Below, in pieces: positions 50,870 to 64,000 of a DNA stretch of 64,000 nt. Numbering within the stretch: position 1 is the first letter of the stretch; every line of letters starts with the position of its first letter. The translations under genes and the position numbers were made by a program. The notes below the pieces were generated by a model. It was not told where the DNA came from. It made no database searches and was given only the letters and a program-made list of their open reading frames with translations. This stretch comes from Camelus ferus (lineage: Eukaryota): positions 118,484,001 through 118,548,000 of the forward strand of contig NC_045696.1 of NCBI RefSeq assembly GCF_009834535.1. The letters run 5' to 3'.

Positions 50870-51485
50870 TTCTTTATACCAGATCTTTCTAGCTAGAGTC
50901 CCTTCTCTCCCCTAATCTCCAGCCCACGCCCCCCCACCCACCACCACCACCACCATCACCACCAGATTAGTTTTCACATAATAACCAACGAACTCTCAGC
51001 TTGTAGCAGATGGTACCACAACCCCACTTAAACCCCTCCGAAGGCTTCCTCCTAATACCTCTGATAATCCAGCCCCTCCCCTGGCCCCTCCCTTAGCTCT
51101 TTGACCTCACCTCCTTCACCCCTCCTTCTCCTCCCTCCCTCTAGAGCTTGCCTGGGGCCATTGCACTTCCCTCTTCTCCCCCCTCCTGAATGCCTCTTCC
51201 TTTGCCCCTTCAAGACTTGTGGCTCAGTCCCAGTATCATCTCACTGAAGCCTCTCGACCTCCCTCAGGCTGCTTCCTGGGCACTCTCTGTGCCATCAGCC
51301 CACCCCATCGTTTTGCATAGCATTCAGTACTCCCCCAAGCACCCACTTTCTCTCTCTCCCCAACTTCCCCCCTGAAGTGTAAGCGCCTGAGAGCAGGTCC
51401 TTGTCTAACTCACCATTAAGGACACCTGGAATAGTGCTGGCTGGTGTGGGGAAGTTACTTCATAAATATTTGTTGTATGTGCGCA
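50870..51485 (+). mobile_element. LINE-2, containing a (CAC)n run at about 50935-50963
   Basis: gtgtaagcgcctgagagcaggtccttgtct...cataaatatttgttg. Confidence 0.7.
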
Positions 51486-52129
51486 TGATTATTTATCTTT
51501 TTACATTTTTCAACACCTACTGTTTTTTTTTTTTCAAAAAAGGAAATAGACTGTACCCTTTGCTTTCTCTCCTTCACATTTTATCTTTCTTCCAATTAGC
51601 TTTCTGTCCCTGCATTTTTCTTCTCAAAAATGCTGGTTCTGTTTTATATATTTCCTTGTAAGCACATTGAGATTCTTCTACACAGTGTCATTGTGATGGT
51701 TGGAAGGAAGGGTTCCCATCGTCCGTCACTGTTGGGATTTTAAAGCTTAAAACTGAAACTGAACCAAATGAAGTGTAGGATGTGAAGACATCACAGGCAG
51801 GTGGGTTCGTAGATAGTGCTGTGAAACTTGACAAATCTTTTGAAAAGATACACACTTGTAACCGTAACAAACACCAGAATAAATTCTGAGTTGATCAAAG
51901 TTCACTCAAACAAGCAAACCTCAAAATAATACACAAGTGTCTATCTGACTTCTAGGCACTAGACTCTTTGACCTTAAAAGTAACAGGAAATATCACAAAG
52001 GGAAGGGCCGGTGGATTTTAAGCAGATACGTGAGGAATAAACCGAATCAAAAAGCAAACAGAAAAGTGGGGAAGTGTTTGTAGTAGAAGTGCCTGACAAT
52101 AGCTCATTGCTGTCTAAGAAGTTACGCAG

Positions 52130-53100
52130 TTCTTAGAGGGTCTCCGTCGGGTTCTCGGCTCTCAGTCCCCTTGTGACTGAAGGGGCATGATTTGTACCTT
52201 CAGTCTGACCTCTTCCCCAGACCTCCAGACTCGAATGTTCCCACCTCCACACTCTGTCACTCCCCCATGTGTCTCCATCACAGAGTACGTCATGACCCAG
52301 CTAACTCAGCCTTAGAATCGCCCTTGATTCCTCTTTCCCCATCACATCACACGTCGGGTCCATCAGCACATCCTGTCCAGACTGTGTCCAGAAGTAAGTC
52401 TCTTTCCTCCTCTCTCTGCACCGCCCAGCCCGAGCCTCCAGGGTCCTGGGTCACCTCACACCCACAGTCCCCTGTCCGCCCCGTGCCTCCTCACATGCCC
52501 TTTCCACCCGGCAGCCGGATTGATGCAAGTCCTCATCACATCACTACTGCTCAGGGCCCTTCAGTGACTTCCCAGGAAATCTGGGATAAAATCCAGAGCC
52601 TTTCCAGGGTTCTGCAGGGCAGGCCCTACGTGACCCGGCCCCCGCCTCTCCAACCCTGTCTGCTCCCACTGCTCCCCTCTCTGGTCCGCCAGACTCCCGC
52701 CACGCTGGCCTGTGACCAGTCCTCAGGCGCGCGCACGTACGTTCCCACGCCGGGAGCACTGAGCCTGCTTTTCCCTGTACCGGCTTCTTCCCCACGAATC
52801 CGCGTGACACACCTCTTAAGTCTATTTTCAAAGATCATCTCTTCCCGGAACCTCCCTCTGCTGCCCCACTTTACTCTGTCCCTTCGCTTTGCTTTGTTAC
52901 TGTGTTTGTTTTTTTCATAGCACTTCTTATTGCCTGAAATGGTAGTTTTAGCTTTTTAAAAAACTTTATTCAATTATTTGCATGTTTTTATTGTTTGTTG
53001 CTTGCATTGAAATGTCAACTCTGCACATTTGTCTTGTTAACTGTTGTATCCTCAGCACCTGAAATAGTGCCTGGAGTGTAGTAGGCACTCAATGAAAGAA
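52130..53100 (+). mobile_element. LINE-2 (L2a-like) 3' 1 kb
   Basis: Ends tgtatcctcagcacctgaaatagtgcctggagtgtagtaggcactcaat. Confidence 0.85.
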
Positions 53101-53229
53101 GGGTTGCAAACAGCAAATGAACATTTAGAAAGCTGTCCACATTCATAATTAGTCAAAGAAGTGCAAATTAAAACACCTCCGAAGTACCATTTTTCACCTT
53201 TCACATTTAGCAAATTAAAAATAAAAGCC

Positions 53230-53530
53230 AGAGGTGAGTAAGTCCTAGAGACCTACCCCATTGCCTTGTGCCCATAGTTAATAATACTGTTATGTACTTA
53301 AAATTTGCTAAGAGAGTAGATCTTATGTTAAGTGTTCTTATCACAAAAATTAAAATAATAATAATAAAGAGAGCAGGAGGGGGCTTTCGGAGGTGATGGG
53401 TAGGTTTAAGGCGTAGATCTCGGTGATGGTTTCATGGATGTATGCTTACCTCCAGACCCATCAAGTTGTGCACATGAAATGTGTACAGCTGTGGTACATC
53501 CATCATACCTCAGTAAAGTGGTTTAGAATG
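53230..53530 (+). mobile_element. L1MB-like 3' end
   Basis: aaaatttgctaagagagtagatcttatgttaagtgttcttatcac...atacctcagtaaagtggttt. Confidence 0.8.
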
Positions 53531-55949
53531 AATGAACGAATGAATGAATGAACAAGCTAGCAAAAGTGCATGGACACCCTTAGTCGCCAAATGAGGGAGT
53601 GTAAATTGAGGCAAGCTTGGTAGATAATCCTGCCAAATATTACTTCCAATTCTACATGTAGCCTTTATAAATACCACATTATTCACTGCTTTATCCGTGA
53701 TCAAAAAACTATTGTAGCTTCAAAACTGTTGGTAAAGTCCCCGTTTCACTATTGAATGCCTACCGTGCTTTTACCAGGCTGGACCCTTCAGGCATAAAAT
53801 TAGCCTCACAACTACTTGCTTAGCTCTTTAGAAGCTATTGAAGAGTTATGCAGTGGGGCTGTCACTGAGTAGCAAGACAGGTAGTGGGGCTGGTCCAGAG
53901 GGAAAATACTTCCCCCTGGGGGAACCCCCAGCAGTGATCAGGAAGTAGAGGGCAGACAGGAGCCAGACAGACACCTGGGAAGCAGGGAGCTGATACTCGC
54001 TACATCTCCAACAGTGGGCTTCTATTTGTGTTGCTTATCCAAATCAGGGATGAGGAAGCAGGGATGACATGTGATTTCATGGATAAGAATATCTCGAGAA
54101 ATCAAGAAGCCTGATTTCTCTCCTCTGCTTTACCATGGATTGCTATAATTAAGTCTTTAAAAGCAAGTGCCTAGGTATTTTAGTGGTAGATTTTCCATTA
54201 CGTGTGTGGGTAATACGCACTGTGCTCTGATTTTTACTTACTTACTTGCAAATTTCTTTTTAAAAATGGGAATTGACATTTTCTTAGTCGTTCAGCTTTG
54301 GAGCTCAGAACAACAATTTAACACTCAAATCGTGTTCCAATTTTGTCCTTAAATAACCACAAATTGCTGCTATAAAAAAATAAGCACATCTAAATTGTGA
54401 CCAGTCTTCAGAAAGACCCATCTGATTTAATTAGGAGTCTGTGACTGCTGAAATGCCCAGTTGAGTGGTCATGGATCAGAATTTCGTAGTTTTTAAATAC
54501 TGCAATCTCTTATATTAAGAATAGAGTCACATACCTTCTGTGTTCCAAGATATTCATGGATTTTCTGTTTTGAAAATGACACAATTTCTTCAAAAGTGTA
54601 ATTTTTCCTGTTCTGCCGAGGTGAGGAAATGATCACACCGGAGCCATCAGTAGTGTCTCAAGATCACGCATCCCTTTTTCCAGAGGCGCCGTTTTACAGG
54701 CTCCACAGCTGTAGGCCCTTTAACTTGCTTAAGCAGTTCCATGTCACCAAGGTCAGATATTTCATCTGATTAAAGGAATCCTTGATAGAGATGGAAGACA
54801 CCCGACTCGGCTCCTGACCCGCCGCGCACCCGATCAGCAGTAGCATTCTTTCTCTGGGCTGATGTTCCCGCTTTGCTCTGCCCCGTATCAGAGCTTAGTG
54901 TGAACGACATAATTGATACCAATAATGAAAGATTCCAGAACTTGAATTCTGGGAGGTAAGCCCTCTGTGAAAGGCCCCTTGTCAGGATCCCTGCATGGGA
55001 TGTAAGAGGAAGCCAGGCTCCAGGGAAGGATGTTTCCATAAGGAAAGGCTCCCTGGCCTTTGAAGATGTCTCCCACGTTCCCCATCTGGGCTCTGTGTGC
55101 CTGGGAGTCATGGCATCCAATCCATTTTTACCCCCAAGAATGCCTGCTAGCCAATATTTTTCCACCTCTCCTTGAAATCAGGATCTTAAGAGGGCTCCTC
55201 CCAGGGCCCAGCTTCACAGGAATGTTCTAGAAAGTGCATGATCCCAAGAAGTACAAGGATTCTTCCAGCAATTGTAATCCTTTGCTAGAATTTGGGCTTC
55301 GTGAGAACAGGGACCGCGTGTGCCTGTTTCACTGCTGTTTGCTGAGTACCTGGCACAGAGAACAAATTCAGACAGTAGTGAAATGAACGAATGCTTGTTA
55401 GCTTCAATTAGAGAAGAACTCATATGGATGTCAGGGTCTGGACCTGGGGGTCTTTGTTTTCCCAGGGCCTCGCCCGGTACCTGGCACTGTCTCTAGTATC
55501 CAGTGATATTTAGTTTAATGATGCAATAAATAACTACTGTTTTGAATACCTAAAAGGCATTATAAAATTCTCCTGGCCAATTTCCATTTTCTGTGGTCAA
55601 CAAGAATGTTTAAATTAGGCTTTATTGTATTCACTCAGAAGTATTTTATTGCTAAAATATGGTAAAGAAATAACATGCTAATAATATTCCCCAAGCCATG
55701 AAGCCAAGAAGTCCATGGTTATAGCCCCTTAGTAGTTAATTGGCTAATCAGAATTTCAAAGGACTGCTGATTTCTATATAAATGTAATTTTGTGATATTT
55801 TCTTGCTCAGATAAGAGCTGGTGCTGTAATAAACACTTCTGTGTCTGAAATGCTCTTCCCACTGTAGCAAAGAGAGTTCTTCACTCCTAACCAATTTAGG
55901 TAAATTGGTAACACTATCTCCTATCTGGTGCAGATGAATCTTTCTCCTT

Positions 55950-58240
55950 TTAAAAAAATATTAGGTATAATTTGTAGACAATACAGAGATCTTAAGTGAT
56001 GAGTCTGATGAGCTTTGACAGTTGTGTGTACCCGTGTAACCACCATCTAAAACGATGCATCTGGAGTTAACATTTCTTTGACCCGAGAGTTCCCTCATGT
56101 CCCTTTATAATCCGTTCCAACCCTCCATCCCAAGGCTACCATTTTCTGATTTCTATTACCTTGTATTAGTTTTGCCTTTTATTGAGCTTCCCATAAATAG
56201 AGCTACACAGTATGTATGCTTTTGTGTCTAGCTTTTCTCATTCAGCACAATGCTTCTGCAATTCATGCGCATTGCTGCATACATCAGTGGTTCCTTCCTG
56301 TAGAGTGCTGAGTTGTCCGCCATCATGTGAATATACTGCGAGGTGTTTATCTCTTCTCTTGTTGATAGACACTGGGTTGTCTCCAGATTTAGGCTGTTAT
56401 GACTATGACTGCTATGAACATTCTTGTACAGGTGTTTTTGATGTTTTTGTTTGTTATTGTTGTTATTGGTAGATATATGTTTCTCTTTCTTTTGGGGTAA
56501 CACTTAGAAATTAAACTGTTCTATAGGGTGGATGGATATGTAACTTTATAAGAAACTACAAGCAGTTTTACAGAGTAATTGTACCTTTTTCCACTCTCAT
56601 GAGGAATATATGGGAATTCTAATTGCTCTCCATCCTTGCCAATATTTGTTATTGTCAGTCTTTTTGATTTTATCCATTCTAGTTGGTATGAAAGTGGTAT
56701 CTCGTTGTGGTTTACTTTACATCTTTTTATAGCATATTGGTGATTTGTGTATCTTCTTTTGTGAGCTGTCCAAGTATTTGCCTGTTTTTGGTGGGTCAGT
56801 TGTTTTATTCTTGATTTGTAAGAATTCTTTATATATTCTGGATCGAAGTCTTTGTCAGATGTATTTACTGCCGATACTATTCCCAGTGTGTGGCTTGTTT
56901 GTTCATTTTATTTACCGTGCCTTAATGATGTCTTTTGATGAGCAGATTTTTATTTCAGTGAAGTTTATTTTACCAGTGTTTTCTTTTATGGCTAGTGGAT
57001 TTTGTTTTCCTATCTAAGAAATCTCTCTAAGACTCCTCTTAGTTTCCATTGTTGAGGGTCCTCCAGGCCATCCTCAGCTTTGATGATCCACTAGCACTCA
57101 CAGAGCTCAGAAGAGCTGTTACACTTGTGTTTACAGTATACTGCGGCAGAAGGATACAGACTGACATTAGGAAAGGGGAAAAGATTGGTGTCTAAGAGGA
57201 ACCAGGTACAAGTTTCCAGTTGTCCTCTCCCAGTGGAGTGCTTAAATCTCCCAGGGGCCATGTATGACAACAGGGGTGCTCACCCAAGATGTGGTGTCCC
57301 CCAAGGTTTTTTATTAGAGGTCATGTAGGCATGGAGCAACCATGTGACTGACATTAACTACTCCTTCTCCAGTCCCCTCAGAGGTCAGACCCATACAGTA
57401 TGGCAGGGGCCCAGGTTACAAAAACAGACTTTACCATCAATTCCATTGTTCGTGTAGACTGTTTGGTGTGGCCCAAGGTCCCAGGTATACAAAGGCACTT
57501 TTATCAGGCACGACATTCCAAGGGGTTATACGTTAGCTCCAGTCATCATCCCTAGAGGGCCAGTCCTAAACGCCTTTGGAGGGTGCAGGATTTGGGCAGC
57601 CCAGGCCTGCTGAGTTATCCCTTTACTATACAGTCTCAAAGATACTCTGTATTCTTCTAAAATTATGTGTTCTAGCATTGTATTCCGCCTGTGGTCCAGT
57701 TCAAATTAATGTTTGTGTGTGGAGTGAGGTAAGGATCAAGGTCCATCTTTTCCTGTGAGATATCCAGCAGTTCAGTACCATTTGTTTAAAAATCTGTCCT
57801 TTCTCTGTTGAATGAAATTGGACCCTTGGTTGAAAATCCATTAACCATGTAGATATGGATCTGTTTCTGGACATTCTGCCCCTTCTCTAGTCCCACCCTG
57901 GCTTAATTATGTAGCTTTCTGGCAAATCTTGATTTTAAGTGCTCTGAGCCCTCCAGCTTTATTCTTTTTCATTCTTTTGGCGAGTCTAGGTTCTTTGCGT
58001 TTCCATATAAATTTTGGAATCAACACGTCAATTTTTATAAAAGTAATTGGGATTTGGGTTGGCATTACACTGACTCTATAGATCAATTTGGAAAGAACTG
58101 ATACGTGCATATTATTGAATTATCCACTCCATGAATACAGACTGGCTCTTCATTTAACTAGGTCTTTGTCAGATTTTCTCAGCAGTGTTTTATAGGTTTT
58201 AGTGTAGCAGTCTGGTAGATTTTTTCTTTAATTGAGAGAA
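55950..58240 (-). mobile_element. Old L1 (L1M) 3' region and ORF2, interrupted by an LTR
   Basis: Reverse peptide KLIYRVSVMPTQIPITF...LIPKFIWKRKEPRLAK plus 3' UTR text. Confidence 0.8.
57050..57632 (-). mobile_element. MER21-like solo LTR
   Basis: cactcacagagctcagaagagctgtt...tttccagttgtcctctcccagtggagt...ggcctgctgagttatccctttactataca. Confidence 0.75.
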
Positions 58241-60329
58241 AATAAATTTCTCTCTTTTTTTCCCGGCACCTCACCTGTTCCCTTCTGTGGCTGTAGTTTT
58301 TTAAATGTGACCGTTTCCTTTTTACTTGGACTCACATTTCTTTATATTTATTGGCTCCTGTATCTCCTTCCTTAAAACTCTTTAACAGTTGATTCTTGAT
58401 ATATGTTTAACTACAGCTGCTTGAGATTTTTTTTTTTTAACTGTGAAGATACACAGTGATTCTCACAGTAAAGGAGGAGGGATGAAGAGGGCAAAACTCC
58501 CCAATGGGTGGGTGTCTCAGAATTATATCCTCTGCCATTAGACCAGAAACTTCCACAAAGCACAGTTACAGTGGGAGAGATGTATATCCTTCAGTGACAC
58601 TGGGTCAGGAAATAAATTAGTGGAAAACTACCACTCTAGAGGTTGGAACGTAACTATTCACTCCTATAGGTATGTGTAGGGAGTTTATCTAATGGTTTTA
58701 TAGAACCATGATTAATGTGTAATTGCTTATTATTGATTATATTAAATAAATATTATAAGTTGTGTTCAGAACCAATTAGGTAAGCCCCACAGCCTAGCTT
58801 ATATCCACCCCCCACAAGGGCCAACCTTCTGTCCCTAACCTTTGGCTTCACATCACATTAACAAAAATGTAACTGCCACCTACAAAATAATCACATTCTT
58901 TAGAGCTGAAAGGAAACACGTTTCACTTGAAAGTCAGATTCCTAAGGGATGAGTAATAGCGAACTTTTATCACATAGTTTTAATAAAGACCTATAAAATC
59001 TTGAGTTTCTTGAGATGCGGAGAGAGTTGATTTTCTAACATAACAGAAACCTCACGACATGGCAAGCAAATTGGAATTAGATACAGGTGTCTTTCGCTGA
59101 ATCAAATTAGACAGATTCAACTTGAAGGTAAAGAATTAAGCAAGTTGGGAACCAATTCATTGTATAGAATTGGAAGCCTTCAACTTAGAGAATTTGCGGG
59201 TAGAAGTACATCATGAACGTTAGCCCAAGTGTTAGAATCATCTTGAAAAGTATTATTTTGCAACCATGACAGCTTTCTTTTAAATTTCCAAATAAAAGAC
59301 AGATGTATGTAAGGATGAAAGAAGTAAATATGAATCGGAATCCGTTCAGGGTAGGTCAGTAATGACAGACGAGGAAAGACAAGAAATGCAGAGAGAATAC
59401 TGTTTCTATCCAAAAACCAAAGGCACATACTTATTTTTACTTTTTCCAACTATTCCTTGGGCTAAAGAAAATAATTTAAAAATAACTTATGTTTTTATCA
59501 CGGGAAAAAAGTGTAAGTAGAATGAGATGAGAAAACGATGGCAAGAAAAGGAGACCGTGATAGAAGGAAGGGGGAAGACTAGAGGAAAAGGGTCTCGGAG
59601 GGAAGATGACCATAGAGGAGGGAAGAGGGGCCAGAAGGACAGAGAGAAACTGAGGGTGACAGTCAGGAGGCAGGGCGGCAGCGCAGGGCCCTGGGTTTGG
59701 AGATGGGTTTGGTCCTCATCCCGCAAGGGCCTAGACCTCTTCTTGGTCCTTTCATCCTAGCGGGTTGTGGATGCGATGCCGGAAGGCAGGTGGCGCTGCG
59801 GGTCACAGCCCGCTCCAGCCGGGGAGGGGCTCTCGCCGCGCCCTGCCTCCGGGAAGCCTGCGTGTGTGGAAATGAGTTTCTAATCTCTGCTTCTGCGGTT
59901 CCAAAAATGGAGCTCTTCCAAATTGAAATAGAGCCTGTTAAACCACTGGAAAGGATTTCCTGTGTCAGAGCTTTTTAATCTGTCTTCTGTCACGTTCTGT
60001 GACTTTGGGAACTCAGCTCATTTTTTAAAGCCCGGCAGAGAAGCCCTGCTTTCCCTCGCAGCAGCCTCAGCGTTGGAGGACTTGCTCCCTGCTCTTCAGC
60101 CATTCCTCTTCCGTTGTGATTCTCATTCCTCCTCACTGTTCCGCTCCATTTTATAAACACGGAACTCAGCTCTGCCAGAAATTGATGCACCACCAAAACT
60201 GTCTGCCGTAATTGTCCAGTTACCTCCTGCAGCGTAGGCACTCATCTGGTGTTTCTAGGCACATGTTTCTTGTGAAGGGACGTACGTATTTACTAGAGGG
60301 TAATAAATGCGATGTATAGCTACCATATT

Positions 60330-61231
60330 TACTTTTGCAGGATAATTTCACAGGGTACAGAACTCTAGGTTGGTGGTCTCTTCTCTCAACACTTTAAACA
60401 CTCACTGCACTCCCTTCTTCCACGCCTGGCTTCAGAGGTGCACTTCAATGTGTTTCTTATTTTTATTCCTCTGTGGGTATGGTGTCTTTTTCCTCTGACT
60501 TCTTTCAATTTTTTTTTCTTTTTCTGTGATTTTCTGTCGTTTAAAAATGATATGACTAAGTATAGCTTTTTGGGCATTTGCTGTACCTGGTGTTCTCTGA
60601 GCTTCCTGGATCTTTGATTTGATGTCTGATGTTAATTTGGGGAACTTCGTGGTCATTATTGTTTCAGATATTTCTTCTGGTTCCTTCTCTCGTTCTTCTC
60701 CTCCTGTTGCTCCCATCCTGTGCGTGTTACACCTTTTATAGCTGTCCCACAGTGCTCAGATCTTCTCTTCTGCTTTCACTGTCATTTTTCTGTTTGCTTT
60801 TCAGTTTGGGGAGTTTCTGTTGGTTGCAGTCTCCTCCACCTCAGAGATTCTTTTCTCACTCAGCCCATCAAAGACATTCTTTGTTTATGTTACAGTATTT
60901 TTTATCTCTGTCTTTACTTTTCCTTAGAATCTCCTCCTCTCTGCTTATATTTCCTGTCAGTTCTTGTATGCTGTCTACTTTATCCTTAGCATTTTATTTT
61001 TGGGGGGGGTGTAATTAGATTTTTATTTGTCTGTCTTTAATGGAGGTACTGGCGATGGAACCCAGGACCTCGTGCGTGCTAGGCATGCACTCTGCCACTG
61101 AGCTACACTCACTCCCTGAGTCCTTAGCTTTTTAATCACAGTTGTTTTAAATTCCCATCTGATACTTCCAGCATCCCTGCTATATCTGAGTCTGGTTCTG
61201 ATGCTTGCTCTCTCTCTCTCTCCAAACTGTG

Positions 61232-61262
<31 letters not shown>

Positions 61263-62070
61263 GTTTTGTTTGCTTTTTCAGTGTATCTTGCAATTTTTTT
61301 TGATGGTTGGAAATGAGGTATTGGGTAAAAGAAACTCCAAAACAGGCGTTTAGTAATGTGGTGATAAGGTGTGGGGGAGAGGGAGCATTCTGTCGTCCTG
61401 TGAGAAGGTCTCAGTCCTTTAGTGAGCCTGTGCCTCTGGACTGTGGACCTGACACATGCCTGTCAGCCCCGCCCCCACCGACTTAGGGTACCACAGGAGG
61501 GGCAGAGGGGGCTGGGGTTGAGTATTTCCCTTCCCCCAGGTCAGTTAGGCTCTGAAAAAAATCCCAGCAGGTTAGACTCCGGTTAAATATTTCTCCTGAA
61601 GGCAGACCTTTTAAGAAGAAGATGCTCTGCTGTATTTCAGATGGTTGCTTTTCCTCTCCCCTTGCCATGAGAACCTGGTAGAGCTCCAGGAGGCAAAACT
61701 CACAAAAGTTTGGGCTCCCCTCATCCCCCCGCCCTGACTGGGTCCCCTTGGAGATTTGAACTCAGGTTTGTCCTCACTGAGCCTCTAGCAATTCATCAGG
61801 TACAGTTCCAGTCCCCTACCCCAGCACTGGTTCCTGTGGGTTTCTCCTGGTAGGTTTCTGCTCTGAAAGTCCTGATTCTCTGAGTCTCTTGTATTCACCT
61901 GAAACTCTCTCCAATTTGGAGACAGCAGTTTGCCCTGTGACCTCACTTTTCTTACAGATCTAAGAAAAAGTTGTCAATTCTGTTTGTGTGTTTGTTCAGC
62001 TTTTGACTTATTTTTAGGACAGAGTAGAGACTTCCAAGCTTCTTACACACTGGACTGGAAACCTCAAGTT
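60330..62070 (-). mobile_element. L1MC/MD-type 5' UTR and ORF1 region
   Basis: Reverse peptide EEISETIMTTKFPKLTSDIKSKIQEAQRTP (L1 ORF1). 5' motif gcagtttgccctgtgacctcact...gatctaagaaaaagttg. Confidence 0.8.
60997..61120 (-). mobile_element. Camelid tRNA-derived SINE (Vic-1 type) with target-site duplication
   Basis: ggaacccaggacctcgtgcgtgctaggcatgcactctgccactgagctac. TCCTTAGC(A/T)TTTTA at 60983-60996 and 61121-61134. Confidence 0.88.
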
Positions 62071-62239
62071 CACTCGTCTAGTATTAATGCAGCCCAGGAA
62101 TCTTATTTTCTTTCAGCATCATCATTGTGAGCTCAGATTAGCCTTGTAGACCATTCCAAAACAGTTTTGTTTAGGTGTTTGATTTATTTTTAACATAAAC
62201 TTACGTTAATCTATGCCTCCCTATTCTATACGTAATGTG

Positions 62240-62440
62240 CAGTTGCAAAGCATTTTAACCTAAGTGCATAAGCTTTTATTATCTTCATTAAATTTTATGT
62301 TTCATTATTTCTCATGGTACTCTGTTGAGAGCATTTTAAATTTTGATCATTCTGTCTGATACATTGGGTGTCTCTGCAACCTTTGGTCTCAAATTTGATA
62401 AGCACGTGTTCTCTTTCTTCAAGTCACAAAATTGTAGGAT
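62240..62440 (-). mobile_element. CR1/L3 fragment
   Basis: ctttggtctcaaatttgataagcacgtgttctctttcttcaagtca resembles antisense L3 reverse transcriptase text. Confidence 0.55.
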
Positions 62441-62999
62441 TTTCTATCTAAAAGAGACACAGAATATCATATAATTCAGTCCCCTTGGTTTAAAGATCAG
62501 GAAGTGTAGGTCCAGACAGCCGGCTAAATAACTCTTCCAAGTTACATAACCCAGTGATAGAAGATCATGACCTTAAATAAAAGGACTGGTGAGCTAGTGT
62601 GCGAAGCAAGTCTGAGACACATATCACCAGGTGGGGGCCAGAACATTCCACAGTACACGTGAGGCACAATTGTCCAGCTATAACTAAGCATGTATTGTCC
62701 CCTGCTGTATCCACTGGCACTGACATACCTGGATAAAATCTAACAGATGTCAGTGCTTCAGACAAGAAATAAAGTTGTCTTAGGATGACTTTTTTTAGTG
62801 AGCTATACTGGCTACTTGTAATAAACTCAGCCATTTCCAGTAATTAGTAAAAATATTTGTGTAAACCAGTCTGTTTTCCAGTTTGGTTCCCATAATTTTG
62901 AAAAATCAGAATATTTCCCTATTTCTATTCTTCTGATATTTCTGTTTTTATTTAATAAAACAAAATGAGTAACATACTTAAACAAAACAAACGCAAGTA

Positions 63000-63330
63000 T
63001 CTAAAATTTTTAAATATATCTAAATAACAATTGAGTCAACAGACTATTTGAAAAAATGGGGGGAAATCTTTGATACTGTTGCTGTAATCAGATGCAAATG
63101 TGTAGCTTTAAATGCTTTTATGGGGAAAAAGAGAAAATGGATAAATGAATAAATGAATGAACCGAGCAGTCAACCTTTGGGAACACGAGAAAAGAAATAA
63201 TAAGAAAAATGTAAGTTCGACTGTAGAGGAAAATAATTAAAAATAAGTTGGAAAACTCATTCCTCGACAAAAATATAAAACAAGCATCTAACAAAATTTT
63301 ATTGCCAAAGGAGTGAAATAAACAGATAGT
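63000..63330 (+). mobile_element. Old L1 ORF2 fragment
   Basis: aaatgtgtagctttaaatgcttttatggggaaaaagagaaa. Confidence 0.55.
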
Positions 63331-64000
63331 AGATACCTAGTATTAGACTTACAACTGAAATCTCTAGGTCGGAAGGAAATAAGCCAGGGTGGTATCGAGA
63401 TTTGTATACCAGGAGAGGAAAGGTTGTGCAGAATTCTTACAGAGGCGATCCTTTTTTAAAAAGCTTTAGAGAGGTTTTAGAAGTTGAATGAGAACAGCTC
63501 ATGATCCTGGCTGTTAGGAGGCACTGGAGACCCTAGACGGTCTTTGAGCAAGCAGAGTGTGAGCTAGAAGGCCAGGCTGTAGGAGATAAGTCAGTAGGAA
63601 GAGCCAGCAAGTCACCCATTCTCAGAATTTCAGAAACTGATCGAAAGGGGCCCAGCAGTGAAGCCAGTTTGGGTTCTGGTATGGGCCTTTTGAAGGATTC
63701 ATGGATCTTCAGAAAAATACCTCTGTTGCTACTGACTTAATCTGCTACCTGAGGTTGTGCCAATAGTAAGTTCTTGGCACTATTGCAAAACAGTCCCTCT
63801 TACATGCTATTTTTAGCAATAGAATGTGGTAGACTACAGTAGTGAAAGACTGATTACACAGAATTAGTTACTCATTAGATTTGATAATATTTCATGTCTT
63901 GTTAACTACCAAACCCTCCTAATATTCATTTTAACACTGTTTACACTTTGCACCCCATCTTTAATCCAGTCCAGCCCTCACTGTCCATCAGATCTCTTGA

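Noticed and set aside
52192..52920. 242-aa Pro/Ser-rich ORF
   Set aside because: Lies within an L2 remnant. C-rich composition accounts for the lack of stop codons.
1..64000. Novel multi-gene system, nested gene or ncRNA
   Set aside because: Nothing beyond two TBC1D5 exons and repeats is supported. I recognised no snoRNA, miRNA or processed pseudogene, though small RNAs cannot be excluded without an Rfam search.

Overview
Mammalian genomic DNA, most likely a camelid (two Vic-1-type tRNA-derived SINEs and camelid/artiodactyl-type L1 3' ends). The window lies inside the TBC1D5 gene (retromer-associated Rab7 GAP), transcribed on the + strand. Only two coding exons are present: 18798-18904 (107 nt, (L)ISSNYQTCLGLLMHYPLIGDVHSLILKALFLRDPK) and 49489-49574 (86 nt, RNPRPVTYQFHPNLDYYKARGADLMNKS(R)). 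They splice in frame across a 30.6 kb intron. The rest is intron: L1, L2, MIR, HAL1, CR1, LTR and hAT-Charlie remnants, microsatellites, and a few stretches with no recognisable repeats that may be regulatory. Almost all ORFs in the supplied track are spurious. I see no evidence of a new multi-gene system. The best leads are an internal L1 ORF2 fragment with a perfect target-site duplication but no 3' UTR or poly(A), a candidate recursive splice site with a poison exon at 40135/40136, a strong CTCF motif near 48.87 kb, and several candidate enhancer motif clusters. Repeat families and boundaries were assigned by eye and are approximate.
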